Part shown: piece after piece, positions 14,390 through 28,029 of the stretch
Position numbering within the stretch: position 1 is the first letter of the stretch
How the letters are laid out: each line of letters starts with the position of its first letter
Assembly: GCF_006345805.1 (NCBI RefSeq)
Contig: NC_043008.1
Coordinates: 53,444,001 to 53,508,000 of the forward strand
DNA length: 64,000 bases
Origin: Octopus sinensis
Taxonomy: Eukaryota
Direction of reading: 5' to 3'
Position numbers and translations under genes: made by a program
The notes under the pieces: model-generated
Told to the model about the DNA's origin: nothing
The model's database searches: none
Seen by the model: only the letters and a program-made list of their open reading frames with translations

Positions 14390-14905
14390 TGGAAGAAAGA
14401 GTGAGAGAAAGTTGTGATGAAAGAGTACAGCGGGGTTCACCACCCCACCGGAGCTGGAGTCTCGCGGTGTTTTTGCTCAATAAACACTCACAATGCCCTG
14501 TTTGGGAATCGAAACCACGTTCTTTCCGACCGCGTGTCCGCTGTCCTAACCACTGGGCCATTGTGCCCCACTTTCTGATTTCTTTACTGCCCACAAGGGG
14601 CTAAACACAGAGGAGACAAAGAAAGACAGACAAAGGGTTACACCAGACATAGTGGGTTACACCATGGTACTTCTGTTTTGTGGTAGAAGTTGGAAGAAAG
14701 GAGTGAGAGAAAGTTGTGGTGAAAGAGTACAGCGGGGTTCACCACCCCACCGGAGCCACTTCGTAACTGGTACTTATTTAATCGACCCCGAAAGGATGAA
14801 AGGCAAAGTCGACCTCGGCGGAATTTGAACTCAGAACATAGCCGCAGACAAAATAATGCTAAACATTTTGCCCGGCGTGCTAACGTTTCTGCCAGCTCTC
14901 CTCCT
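14390..14905 (-). mobile_element. Composite of type A SINE head/body and type B SINE interrupted by a local duplication
   Basis: Type A head at ~14400-14570; type B tail at 14579-14640 and body/head at 14762-14905; 14347-14454 is duplicated at 14648-14756. Confidence 0.75.
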
Positions 14906-15059
14906 TCTTGTTCTTGTTCTTGTAGTCATCATCGTCGTCGAGTTGGTGTTGGTCGTCGTTGTGCTTTGTCGTCGCTGTTGATTATCACCAGGGTATTTCC
15001 CATCGAGTAATCGTGTCCCAGTCATAATCATCCTGTTGTTGACATAGCTGAACACGCGT

Positions 15060-15225
15060 GGGATAATGGTAAGGGTGTTGCAATCATGACCACCAGATCT
15101 TTGTTTCGAATTCCAGACCAGGCGGTGCGTTGTATTCTTGAGAAAAACATTTTATTTCAGGCTGCTCCAGTCTGATCAGCAGAAAATGAGTTACTTACAA
15201 TGAACTGGTGCCCCATTCAGAGGTA
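15060..15225 (+). mobile_element. Degenerate tRNA-SINE related to 58061-58324
   Basis: GTTTCGAATTCCAGACCAGGCGG..TTCTTGAGAAAAACATTTTATTTCAGGCTGCTCCAGTC..AAAATGAGT. Confidence 0.55.
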
Positions 15226-15879
15226 GTTTGGGGATTTTGGTCATTTATACACTGTGAAAACCAAATAACCCGGTCTACGCGGGGGTCCTGCTTTAAGATT
15301 GTCGCGAAAGGCCTGCTTGGAGGCCCAAACCTCCGAGTTCTTTTACAGGGCTTAGGAAAACTGAGGTATTACTACAATAAGTGTGTGAATCTGAGAGGGG
15401 AATATGTTGAGTAAAATCATAATTAAGTAATCCTTCTGTATTTTCTATTTCCTAAAGACAGGAAATTTTCAGCACTCCTAGGAGCCCAGACATCAATGCC
15501 TAGGCGTTATCTTACATTCATTTGGTCTGTTCGCATCTAAAACTAAATTATATCCATCTCTTTTCGTGGTATTATGATGTAATTTGAGGGAATTATTTGA
15601 ACTTAGTACTGCAACGAAACCTTATCTAATAATCAGTGCTCCTTCCGCCTGCAGACTCTCTTCTAACTACAAGTCAACTAATAGATGGATGACTGGATAT
15701 CTGGATCAAATTTTGTCTTAAGTATGACAAATATTTTTTAAAAAATCGCTGCTTCTTGGATTTATCTTCCCTTATTGTTCAGAATTACATACAACCTCCG
15801 CAAGGTCTTTTCCCAACCAATAGTAAAATCACAATTGAGGACTCCCTACAAATGCAGTCAATCTTTTATTTGCTTCAAT

Positions 15880-16215
15880 CATCAAACACCGGCCATGCTG
15901 GGGCACAGCTTGAAAGAATTTTATTCTAACAAAATGACCCTAGTACTTATGTTTTTTTTTTCAACCTCGGTACATATTCTATTGGTTTCTTTTGCCGAAC
16001 CGCTAAGTTACGTGGACGTAAATACAACAACACTGGTTGTCAAACATATACATATACGCATATATATACAAACAGGCTTCTTTCAGTTTCCGACTAACAA
16101 ATCCATTCACAAAACACTGATTGACTCGAGGCCATTGTAGAAGATACTTTGCCCAAGGCGCCCCGTAATGGGACTGAACCCGGAACCATGTGGTAAGGAA
16201 GCAAATTGCCAGACA
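15880..16215 (-). mobile_element. Type C SINE
   Basis: Matches the reverse complement of 31586-32027 (TTTTGCCGAACCGCTAAGTTACG..GGGACTGAACCCGGAACCATGTGG). Confidence 0.8.
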
Positions 16216-16394
16216 GCTACGTCATCACTACGTCATCATCCACTTCCTCCTGCTCCTTTTGCTCCTGTTGCTGCTGTTCTTCCTCCTCCTCCTCCTCCTC
16301 CTCCTCATAGTCGTTGTCGTCATCACTATTAATGTCATCTTGTTTTAGATATTGTTTTAGTGGTTGCTGTTGTAATTGTTGTTGTTGCTGTGGT

Positions 16395-16477
16395 GGTAGT
16401 AGTAGTAGTAGTAGTAGCCGTAGTAGTAGTAGTAGTAGTAGTATTAATAGTAGTAGTAGTAGTAGTAGTAGTAGTAA

Positions 16478-16518
<41 letters not shown>

Positions 16519-16519
16519 A

Positions 16520-16560
<41 letters not shown>

Positions 16561-16569
16561 ATAGTAGCC

Positions 16570-16609
<40 letters not shown>

Positions 16610-16611
16610 CC

Positions 16612-16648
<37 letters not shown>

Positions 16649-16650
16649 CC

Positions 16651-16696
<46 letters not shown>

Positions 16697-16726
16697 CCGT
16701 AGTAGTAGTAGTAGTAGTAGTAGTAA

Positions 16727-16764
<38 letters not shown>

Positions 16765-16768
16765 TTAA

Positions 16769-16800
<32 letters not shown>

Positions 16801-16801
16801 A

Positions 16802-16848
<47 letters not shown>

Positions 16849-16849
16849 A

Positions 16850-16881
<32 letters not shown>

Positions 16882-16898
16882 ATAGTAGCCGTAGTAGT

Positions 16899-16931
<33 letters not shown>

Positions 16932-16932
16932 A

Positions 16933-16984
<52 letters not shown>

Positions 16985-16985
16985 T
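16395..16985. repeat. ~590-bp (GTA)n trinucleotide array with GCC/ATA/TTA interruptions
   Basis: Direct reading. Confidence 0.95.
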
Positions 16986-17341
16986 GTTATGTTTCTTGTT
17001 CTTCATAATCTGACACAATAACGAAATATATTGGAGTCGTAAAATTCAACAAAACAAGCTTTTTCTATTAATTTCCACATAACTGTCATCTACTCTCCCT
17101 TTTAATAAATATCCTGTTATGCCTACCTACACAATAAACTACCGAGAAAACCAACGGTGACCAACTAGAAATAGCAGTTAAACCAACCTTTGGACCAAAC
17201 CGAAATATCTGAAGTAAAATAAAACCTTTAAGATGTATAATGTAGAGGCTGCATACACATGAAGCCGGAATAATCAATAACATCGCGTCTTATAAGATTG
17301 GTTGACCTAGGGCTACAATTACAGATATGAGAAAATATGTA

Positions 17342-17899
17342 TTGGGTTGTCCAGAAAGTTCGTGCCGATTTTTAAAGGAAAGGAAAAGGTCGATAAATAC
17401 TTGCCATTGCATTTTTGATCAATCAAATATGAACCATTTTGTTGCACACTGCATCTCCATCTTTCCTTTAACTTGAAAATGCCCTCTTCCCAGAATTGAT
17501 GTGGTTTCATCGCAAAGAATTCATCAAGGTATCTTTTTACGTCATCCAAAGAATTGAAATTTTTACCATTAAGACTATTCTGCAGAGACCTGAATAAGTG
17601 GAAATCCGAAGGAGCAATATCTGGTGATTATGGAGGGTGGGGTAACACATCCCAGCCGAGCTGCAGTAATTTTTGTCTGGTTCCCAAAGCATCAAATGCC
17701 GAAAATGAACTTTCTTATCTTCCATTTTAATGGCTTACAGAATTAACACAGGTTATAGGAACATAAACCTTCTTCCACGAAAAAATAGCTTAAACTGTGC
17801 TCTAAATGGAGGTGTAGTCAAATCCTATTTTATGGACTCAACCATGTTCTAAAATATGTTGAAAATTAAGCTACTATAAATCGGCACGAATTACTTTTT
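17342..17899 (-). mobile_element. Internally deleted mariner (DD34D) element
   Basis: TA-TTGGGTTG..TTCGTGCCGATTT TIR and partial reciprocal AAATCGGCACGAA. Minus translation MEDKKVHFRHLML is joined to QKLLQLGWDVLPHPP*SPDIAPSDFHLFRSLQ..WEEGIFKLKERW..QQNGSY. Confidence 0.9.
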
Positions 17900-17910
17900 A
17901 TTTTTCCATG

Positions 17911-18219
17911 TGCCCTTTTCAAGCCTAGCCAGTCTCATGGGCCCGGATTCCCTGTTTCTGTGGCGTATGTGTCCCCCCCCTCCGCTGGACGGGACGCAAG
18001 TACATCGCAGCATTACTCAAGAAACAGGAATAGAGAGTGAGAGAAATTTGGGGCGAAAGAATACAACAGCAGGGATCGCCACCATCCTCTGCCGGAGTAT
18101 CGTGGAGCTTTTTAGGTGTTTTCGCTCAATAAATACACACAACGCCCGGTCTGGGAATCGAAACCGCCATCCTCCGACCGCGAATCCCCTGCCCTAACCA
18201 CTGGGCCATTGCGCCTCCA
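17911..18219 (-). mobile_element. Type A SINE head with tail 2
   Basis: Same tRNA head as 205-590. The tail CATACGCCACAGAAAC..GGGCCCATGAGACTGGCTAGGCTTGAAAAGGGC is shared with 47093-47395 and 58061-58324. Confidence 0.85.
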
Positions 18220-18605
18220 TGTATCTAGGAATACATATTTAAATTTTTTTCTGGAAAAAAGTGAAATACCTCAAGAGAGTCAGCGTGGAAAATTACGTCA
18301 ATACACCAAATTTTAAAATTTCCACGGGTAGAGCCAAACAGAAAAGATCTGGTCCTTTGTTTTGTGGTTGTTTTTTTGTGTGTGTGTTTTGTTTAGATAG
18401 TTCGGTGTGATATGAGGTGAAATTGGTGGCTATTTTCTGCAGAATGAACCACCTTATACAAGCCCTTAATTCGGGTAGTTGAGGATAATAGTAAAATATA
18501 TCAACGAGATAAACACCACCGGCAGTAGTCTTTAGAGAGAAGTGATTTAGAGGGAAAATGTTTGATAGAGAAACAAAGAGGGAAGGGAAGGAAATAGAAA
18601 TGGAC

Positions 18606-18644
<39 letters not shown>

Positions 18645-19111
18645 GTATAGAGTTTGACTTGAACGAAAGATACAGAGAACGAGAGATGGAGAAGGATGAG
18701 GAGTAAAAAGGGAGGAAGTGAGGATGCGAGGAGAGAGAAATAGAGAACGGAAGAGATAGAGAGGGAGAAATGAATGACCATGGTGAAGATAGAGAGATGA
18801 AGAAAGGGAATGAGAGAAAGCATGGCTGAAGACCCACTCCCTCCGCCAAAACACAGAACGAAAACAAATTTTATCTCTGAATTTGGATTTAATCAAACTG
18901 GACAAAGTGAAATCTCTAATGTATTCACTAGACAGACACCCTACCGTTATGTAAATATATGCATACATAGATACAGTACATACATACATACACACACATA
19001 TGCATACATACAATACATACATGCATACATACATACATAATATATATATACATACATATATACATACATACATATATACGTACGTACAAAGATAGGCATT
19101 GACACACACAC

Positions 19112-19173
<62 letters not shown>

Positions 19174-19263
19174 TTATACACACACCACACATATATATGT
19201 ATATATATATGTGTATATATATACATATGTATGTAACAATCGTTTCCTGTCTCTACGATTACA

Positions 19264-19308
<45 letters not shown>

Positions 19309-19889
19309 CATATATACACGTATACATATATAAGTGTGTATGTCTACATACACACGCACACACACAAAACATCTATTACCATATAATGAGGAAAAGAAAC
19401 AAAATTATATTTTCCTTTCAGCTTGTTATTTTCTTTTCATATTCCTATATATGTATTTCGCTGAAAACTTTGTGAACAGTGCGATAACCGATTATATATA
19501 AATATACATATGTGTGTGTGTATATATATATATATATATGTATGTATATATACGTACACACACTCGTGCGCACACATACACACACATACAGTGTTATGTA
19601 GAGTGAAATATCCTGTTAGTTCTGCAATGCTAATGGAATAATTTTACTGAATAAATAGTGTATGGGATATGTAATAGAAATACGAAAAAAAAAAAGAAGG
19701 AAAACAGGAGATAGTTATCTATGACTTCGAAATAAGTACATTAGAGAAAATATACTGTGGCCAGGACGAATATAAATAGGTTAAAACGTGTACTGCAACA
19801 CCGGTATGTCTTTCGATGCAAACAACCTGCTATAACATTGCGAATATGAGTGAAACTTCTTAAATCAATATACATGTGTGTGTGCGTAT

Positions 19890-19946
<57 letters not shown>

Positions 19947-20108
19947 ATACGTCAATGTCGAAGGACGCGAATGAGTGCTCAACATCGCATTGGTGGATAG
20001 AATTTCTTTATTTGTGTATTGATGCTACCATAGGTTTCAGGTTAAGAAAAATATCTTCATGTCTTAATTTTTTCAAGCCAATCACATGCAAGAATGATGT
20101 TTGTCTTC

Positions 20109-20177
<69 letters not shown>

Positions 20178-20399
20178 TGTGTGTGTGTGTATGTGTGGTC
20201 TGATCAATATGTAGCCAGATTGTTGCTATGCTGTGCAGGGGCATTAATTTTTAACGTTCCTTATCCATTCGCTGTCTACAGCAGTGCTTAGAAGGAAGGT
20301 ATGTAGCATGTGATCGTCGCATTGACCATAACACTCAAAGATGAGCTGAGAATCTGCATCAAATTTTGGCAAATGCTTGATGATACCTGCTCAGACGCC

Positions 20400-21030
20400 T
20401 AGGCAAATTTTCAAAAGATTTCCATCGTTCTCGTCACAACAAGGAGATCTTGTGCAACTGAAACTCGAGTGTATTTTTTGTAAGCTGAAAACTGTTTTGG
20501 CACAAACTTGGCAGATACGCATCTCATACTGAAATCTTCAGGGATAATGGACTGAACTAATCTGCACATCCTCTGATAACTCACGGATGCTGATTCGATG
20601 ATTTCCCTTCACAGCTGCACGCATATTTGCGATGCTTTCTCAGCTCGGCTGGTTGGTTGCGTGTCTCCTAAAACGTTCGTCGATATCGACAATTTTGCGA
20701 ACACCTTGGAAATGTCTGAACCTCTCCCACTCTTATGTGCGGCTGATACACTCCTCTCCATACACTTTCTGCAACTCTGCGTAGACCACTGTGTATGTTT
20801 CGCCATAACAACTGTCTGTCATGATCAATGCCACGATCACACGTTACACGCTTTCTTTCCAAGCACTGCTGTAAACAGCGGAAGTGAGCTAGAACATTAG
20901 AACATAGGGGTCATGCACAACAGATTAGAAGGTCAATTTTACCAAGCGGCTTCACTAAGCGTGCTTTGACTTCAAAGCCAGAAAGCAAACTCGCTAAACG
21001 TTTAGCCATACTGCGCCCAATTATAAAGTC
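20400..21030 (-). pseudogene. 5' half of a decayed mariner transposase
   Basis: Frameshifted minus translation with LQKVYGEECISR, IDER..R, IANMRAAVKGNHRISIRELSEDVQIS and MRCVSAKFVPK, matching the mariner HTH region up to the VP linker. Confidence 0.7.
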
Positions 21031-21493
21031 TGTATATATAAAAATTCATTCCGAAAAACAATTAGATACTATTCCACGAATAGGGAGGGAATTTGCAGTG
21101 CATTACTTCCGGGGTCGGTAAATCAAGTACCAGTTGCGTACTGGGGTTGCTGTAATCGACTGCCCCCCTCCCCCAAAATTTCGGACCTTGTGCCTAGCGT
21201 AGAAAAGAATATTAATATAATATATGAAAAACATGATTTCTATGCGCGTCTTTTACTTATAGTTACAAATTTAAATTGTAGTGCAGCACCAGATAATGTT
21301 GAAATGGTTACCTTCCTTCAAATATCTCCAACTCTGTGGCGACCACGTCATTTTGAATATATGTATATTTGTGCGTTCGTTGTGTGTGTCTATGTGTGTT
21401 GTATGTATGCATATTTATATACATATATAAATATATGCATATATATATATATACATACACATATATCATATATATAAATATACAAATAAATGC

Positions 21494-21531
<38 letters not shown>

Positions 21532-22779
21532 GTAGTTATAGTTATTTTAACACCTTTTCAGTGATTTATTTCATGTGGCTTTCATTCGAGTTACAATATA
21601 TTATAACTAATTATTACGAGTTAATTCCAGCACATTATAATTATCATTGAAAAGTATGCATTAATGATTAGGAGTTAGAAATTAAGAGAATAGGACATTC
21701 AGAAATTATAAAGAAAAACAATAAAAATTCATAGTTAATATTTATAACAATAGTCTTATAATAATTCAAATAGGAACACAACCAGAGTGAAAAGCGTGTG
21801 GTTATTATTATACGAAAAGAGAGACACTATCAAATACGCGGAATGATATACGTACAATGATGGCATATATATATAGGCATAAGAGTAGATTCGCAGCTGT
21901 ATAATTAAATAGATAGAAAAGGAGATAAATTCAGAGACATGATCAGTAACTGAGTAGAAGCTGAAAGACACTGCACTAAACAGGCCTATGCACATAAACA
22001 AATGCATGTACATATATATATTATACACACATACACACCCCCTTATACACACACACACGTATATATATATATGTGATATATGCATGTATACGTGCATGTA
22101 TGTATCTTGTGTAAGATGTACAAATATGTGTAAATGCCTAGGAGAACTGAAAGGTGACAGCCGTGCTTCTCATGTTTAAGAAAACTGAATCGCAAATCTG
22201 AAACCATACCAGGATAAAGCATGAAAGAAATAAATCCACCTCTAATGCTTCCTTGGCTTAAAACATAGGGTACTTGAAAAGCGGCATCAAAAGTTAGGTA
22301 AGCCTAATGGAGTGACAGCAGAATAAGAGAGTTAATACTTTGGTATAGATGTGTTGACGTCAAACTCTTTGTTTGTTTTCTCATCCAGTCTCAATTTAAT
22401 TTATCTTTCTGTCTTCAGCACGCTTATGTTCACTCTCAATCTGTTTCTCTCCTTAACACAGGAGAAGCGTACACATACAAGCACAATCATATGTACGCAC
22501 ATATTTTCTCGCGTATTCCCTTTTTAGTAAATTTGTTTATATTCATAAAATGTTAAGGTATCAATTCCGATGAAGCGGTCCGCTAATTATTATAACGTTT
22601 GAATTTTCCTACATACCTTCATATATATTCGCAGACATGCAGGTAGTAAATAGACACCTTTAATTTTCAAAATTTCTGATCTAAGCGTCTTAATATGTTT
22701 TCAGTAGTGTAGAATTTACAATGTAATTATTCTTTTTCATTCCAGGTGTCATTATACTAAACATTTGTGAAGAGGAACC

Positions 22780-23250
22780 ATGCCACGCACAAAAAAATTC
22801 AGCAGAACTGTCAGATTTTCAAAGAGGTCGTATTGTTGGGCAATCTGAGGCTGGTTTCAGCCAGCGAAAAATTGCCGAAAATCTTCAAATTCCTCTTGCT
22901 ATATTGTAAATAGAATTATAGTGCAATTCAAAAGCCAAGGAAAGGAATCAACAGATTCTTGTCCCGGCCGACCTGGGTCCTCGGAAAGGAAGCTTCGCTG
23001 TTTGAAGAGAATTATGGAAAATGAACCCCGTTCAAAGGCTTTTGATATTGCAAAACAGCTGGAAATTAGTCCAAGAACTTGCGTTACATATCTGCATAGG
23101 CTTGGTTATTATGGACCAGCAGCTTGAAGAAAACCTCTCCTTCAGCCAATTAATATCAGGAAAAGAAAGAAATGAGGGGATGCCAGAAAAATCCAGTTCA
23201 TTTTGGGATAGAGTGATTTTTTTTCAGATGAATTTGCATTATTTTCAGAT
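22780..23250 (+). pseudogene. N-terminal half of a Tc1-like transposase
   Basis: [53 protein letters not shown]. Confidence 0.85.
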
Positions 23251-23440
23251 ATCAAACTATATCGGCATGCATTAATATTTTTAAAATTCTCTCTCTGTAT
23301 ATAAAATACATAAAAATACATGTAAATTGAGTCCATAAAAAGTATAAAAAGTTGATTACCTAATTTGAGCTTATTTTTTAATTCTTATATATATATATAT
23401 ATAATATATATATATTATATATATATATATATTATATATT

Positions 23441-23537
23441 ATACAAATTAGAGACAAAACCACTATAATGCAAATCAAACAAAGAAAGACTTAATCCAAT
23501 ACATTTGCATTATAGTGGTTTTGTGTCTAATTTGTAT
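23441..23537. repeat. Short foldback, ~35-bp arms with 27-nt spacer
   Basis: ATACAAATTAGAGACAAAACCACTATAATGCAAAT versus ATTTGCATTATAGTGGTTTTGTGTCTAATTTGTAT (1 mismatch). Confidence 0.85.
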
Positions 23538-23612
23538 AATATAATATTTTACTATAAATTGGATTCAATCCTAAACCTGATTTTTCCCTGTAAGTTTGGA
23601 TTTATTCCCTAA

Positions 23613-23658
<46 letters not shown>

Positions 23659-23885
23659 TCACACACACACATACATATATATTATATATATATACAAAGG
23701 TGAGTTAAGTTCGAGGTTGTAACATCTGTCTAAGGAATACTTGCATCCAATTAATTAACTGGTGTCTTACCTGTATGTGATTATGTGTATTAGTATTAAT
23801 GCTCATAAATGATAAGTAAGGAAAAGAATAAGCCGAATTTTAAACATCAATTATCATTTATTGATTATATAAAGATAATATCTTA

Positions 23886-24008
23886 TCTGACAGCTGTTTC
23901 TGTTGGTGCTATTCGATGTATTATAAGGTTTACTACAATAATAATAATAATATTTATCATTGTAAATAATTAATTAAAGCAACTTAAGTTGTGGAACTTC
24001 ATCAGAGG
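23886..24008 (-). ncRNA. Type I hammerhead ribozyme motif with ~100-nt stem II insert
   Basis: Minus strand: CCT CTGATGA A GTT..AAC A GAAAC AGCT GT C AGA. Intact core and palindromic AGCT loop III; only 2 bp of stem I are evident. Confidence 0.6.
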
Positions 24009-24351
24009 GGAGAAGTAAAGAAAAAGGAAAGTAAGAGAAAGAGAGAAAGTAAGGATATACCAATTCATGCCGGCGTGAATTAAATATCACACACATCTTC
24101 ACACATACATACACATAAACATTTGCAAGCATACATATATTATTGCAAATGTCTGTTTTACTTCCTCTGTAAATTTTGCTCGAAAATTTCTGTTCTACAA
24201 TTATTCCATAGAAAACAAATATTGCGCGAAAGGCAGAGAAATTGTTTTTCCTTCCACTTTTGGAATTTTGTACCAGAAACGCAAAGAAAGCATATTTAGA
24301 AATCTCCATCCATGAGAATAATCACAAATATAAGCATTGACGATTTTTCTT

Positions 24352-24955
24352 ATTCACTCACTCACTCACTCACTCATTTACTCACTCACTAACTCACTCC
24401 CTCACTCGCTCACTCAATCTCTCATTCACTAAATCACTCGCTCGCTCACTCATTCACTCACTCACTCATTCACTCACTCCCCCACTCGCTCACTCAATCT
24501 CTCATTCACTCAATCACTCGCTCGCTCACTCACTCACTCACTCACTCACTCACTCACTCACTCACTCACTCATTCATTCACTCACTCACTCACTCACTCA
24601 CTCACTCATTCACTCACTCACTCACTCACTCACTCGCTCACTCACTCACTCACTCACTCATTCACTCAATCACTCATTCACTCACTTACTCACTCACTCA
24701 TTCACTCAATCACTCATTCACTCATTTACTCACTCACTCATTCACTCAGTAACTCACTCCCCCACTCGCTCACTCAATCTCTCATTCACTCAATCACTCG
24801 CTCGCTCACTCACTCACTCACTCGCTCACTCACTCACTCACCACTCACTCACTCACTCACTCACTCACTCACTCACTCATCCACTCACTCATTCGCTCAC
24901 TCACTCACTCACTCACTCAGTCACTCATTCACTCGCTCATTCACCCACTCAGTCT
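24352..24955. repeat. (TCAC)n tetranucleotide array with internal block duplications
   Basis: Direct reading; CCCACTCGCTCACTCAATCTCTCATTCACT-type blocks recur. Confidence 0.9.
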
Positions 24956-25449
24956 CTCTCTCCCCCTCTCCCCCCTCTCTCTCTGACCACGGGGGCTGCA
25001 AGAATTGCGATATCGATCTTCATGTGCATGTTACTGGACGTGGAACTTATGTAACAGAAAATTGCGCTGTAGATTTTTTTCCTAGGCAAGTTTATCGAAA
25101 CAAATCTAATATTACACATATTCTTGGTTAAGGCGCAATATGTTATCGAAAACAGAAATGAGAATAAAAAAAAAACAAAACAAAAGATGAAACATTCGAC
25201 AAAAAAAAAAGCCCTGATAATATCGATGTAACCACGGGAAGAAAATAAGGAAGGTGTATAAGAAAGTTTTCGCTTAGGGTCGGTTCGATTGAGCGATATA
25301 TATATATATAAAATTGCTGTTGAATAAAGAAAACAGAAAAAGAAGCAACTTTCCAGAATACAAAATGGAGCGAGGAATATTTTGCGAGGAAATTCTGATT
25401 TCTCTGCCCGGTTTGAGGCACATATTTTTATTTTGTTAGCTTCCTTGTA

Positions 25450-25484
<35 letters not shown>

Positions 25485-25672
25485 GTGTTGTTGTTGTTGT
25501 TGTTGATGTACGTTATTTTCAAACGGAATAGCTATCTATGCTCACCGGGGGAAAAACGTCATTTACAGGATAACATTCAAAGGTAGCCATGTTTGTCGAT
25601 GTTTACCGTTTCAATGTATCGTAAGATAAGCAATCGTTTTTCATGAAATATTAAATATGAAATTTAAACACA

Positions 25673-25712
<40 letters not shown>

Positions 25713-25826
25713 ACACACACACACACAGTAGTGGGGTCGATTTAGACCGCAGTCTAGTGACTGACACAAGCTAAGGCTGTAAATATAAACATAAAGATAT
25801 ACATATGTAAAGATATACGTACGTGA

Positions 25827-25858
<32 letters not shown>

Positions 25859-25916
25859 CTATATATATATATATATAGACATACACACAAGCATATATAT
25901 ATATATATATATATGC

Positions 25917-26066
25917 AGGCGTGGGTGAGTGGTATGAAGCTTGCTTCTCAATCATGTGTTTCAGTCCTACAGCGTAGAACCTTGGACAAGTTTCTGCTAC
26001 TATAGTCTCCGGCCGGCCAAAGTCTTGTGAATAGATTTCATAGTCGGAAATTGAAAGAAGCCCATC

Positions 26067-26108
<42 letters not shown>

Positions 26109-26365
26109 CACACATATATCATATATATGTGTGTGTGTGTGTGTGTGTGCATGTGTGTGTGAGTGTGATCCTCACCACCGCTTGAAAACCGGTGTTGGTG
26201 TGTTTACATCCACGTAACTTAGCAGTTCTGCAAAAGTAACTGATAGTATAAATATCCGGCTTAGAAAATAAGAACTATAAGAACTAGTGTCGATTAATTC
26301 GACTAAAAATTATTCAAGGCAGTGCCCCAGCATGGTCGCAGTCTAAAGACTACAACAATCAGAAG
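25917..26365 (+). mobile_element. Type C SINE with internal (TA)n/(TG)n
   Basis: GCAGGCGTGGGTGAGTGGTATGAAGCTTGC head..GAAAGAAGCCCATCGTATA..CCAGCATGGTCGCAGTC. Confidence 0.8.
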
Positions 26366-27163
26366 ATTAAAGATACGAACGGTATTTCTATTTTATCTTT
26401 ATCGTAGACTCACTCTTTTGTTTTGCATTATATTTCTACGCTATTTCCACTGCAATAAGAGGCGTCTAAAGTTCAAATCTAAATACATCAGTACTTAACC
26501 AGAAAGCCCTTTGATTCTATCCCTCCTCATCTTTTACCGATTAGAAACCACTACTTTGAAAATCGCACACTTCCTGTAAGTCTCCCGGAAACGTCAGCAG
26601 CGCAAGTAGCCAGATAATTTCATTATCATCATTCAATCAAAAGACGGTTTTATTTCTGGAAACGTGCAACAAAGACTATTATTTCACAACAGCGAACCTC
26701 TCGCTCATTCAATACAATAAACACTAACCTATTTCAGTGATAGCAGGTCCTATTTATTTAACAAGTCAATAGACCTTAAGCGTTTCGTATGAATGAGCAA
26801 TTCTTTTAGATATCGTTCACTTGAAGGTGGTTTTTACAAAAAAGATCTGGGTTGGTGGCGAACGTGACGGAGACGGTGTGAGCGGTACTAGCGGTTTTTA
26901 CTCTCTAACACCTCTGTCTTTGAGTCAGAAGAGTTCTAAGAATACACTTCTTGTTTTCTTTCCTTTTTTTTTTTCTCTTTTTACACACCGGTTGGTTAAC
27001 AGTTATTCTAGTTCTGAAATCAAATCAAATACATCTGTAGGAGCGCATGCTGTTGTAGTTCCGTACATTACCATTTAGCAATCGTTCGGTCGTACCACCA
27101 CCACCACACCACCACCACCACCACCACCACTACTGCTTCTTCTTCTTCTACTACTACTACTGT

Positions 27164-27198
<35 letters not shown>

Positions 27199-27585
27199 TA
27201 CTATTGCGGCGGCTGCTGCTGCTGCTGCTACTACTACTACTACTCTACTACTACTACTACTACTACTATAGAGGAGATTTAATCTTGCACATGAGAAGGA
27301 AATAAGGACGTTGTGAAGAGAAAAGGAATATTACAAGAAGAAATAAAACTGTATATCTATCTATCTATCTATCTACCTACCTATCTATAGATAGATATAG
27401 ATATACATACACTTATACATACATACATACATATATATATGTATATATGTATACATGTGTGTATGTATATATAGGGTGAGAGGAAGAGAGAAAGAACATC
27501 TAGAGCGTGCGATATTGATAAACAGATAAATAGAAAGGGAGAAAAATATATGTATATATACATACATATATATATTATATATATA

Positions 27586-27625
<40 letters not shown>

Positions 27626-27649
27626 CATATATAATAGTTAATCCAAACA

Positions 27650-27840
27650 TGAAAACGCAAAGAGAAAACACAACAACGCGAGGACGTAGAACAAATATAG
27701 TATTATTGGACGCTCAGGAAGGAAGGGAAGAAGGAGGGTTTAGCGTTTCGAGGGGAGCTCTTCGTCGGAAACATAGGAGGAAGAAAAAACCAGAGAAGGG
27801 AAGACAGAGGAAAAAAAATCCCCAACAGTACACACGCGGT
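27650..27840 (-). mobile_element. Interspersed repeat with minimal hammerhead-like motif (family H1)
   Basis: Minus strand 27772-27738: GTTT CCGACGA A GAGC TCC CCTC GAAA CG C T AAAC, with stem I GTTT/AAAC. Confidence 0.65.
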
Positions 27841-28029
27841 TATATATATATTTATATATATATGCTAGCAGAGAAATTCGTTATTCTGAATCCAATTTAT
27901 TTTTGAATTGGGATACAATTTATTCTTGAATTGGGAAATTAATCTGAATTCATAATACAAAAGATCAAAAATACTAACAAGAGCAATCTTTAAAATGAGA
28001 ATATCTGAAATAAACTCGACTGCTTTCAC

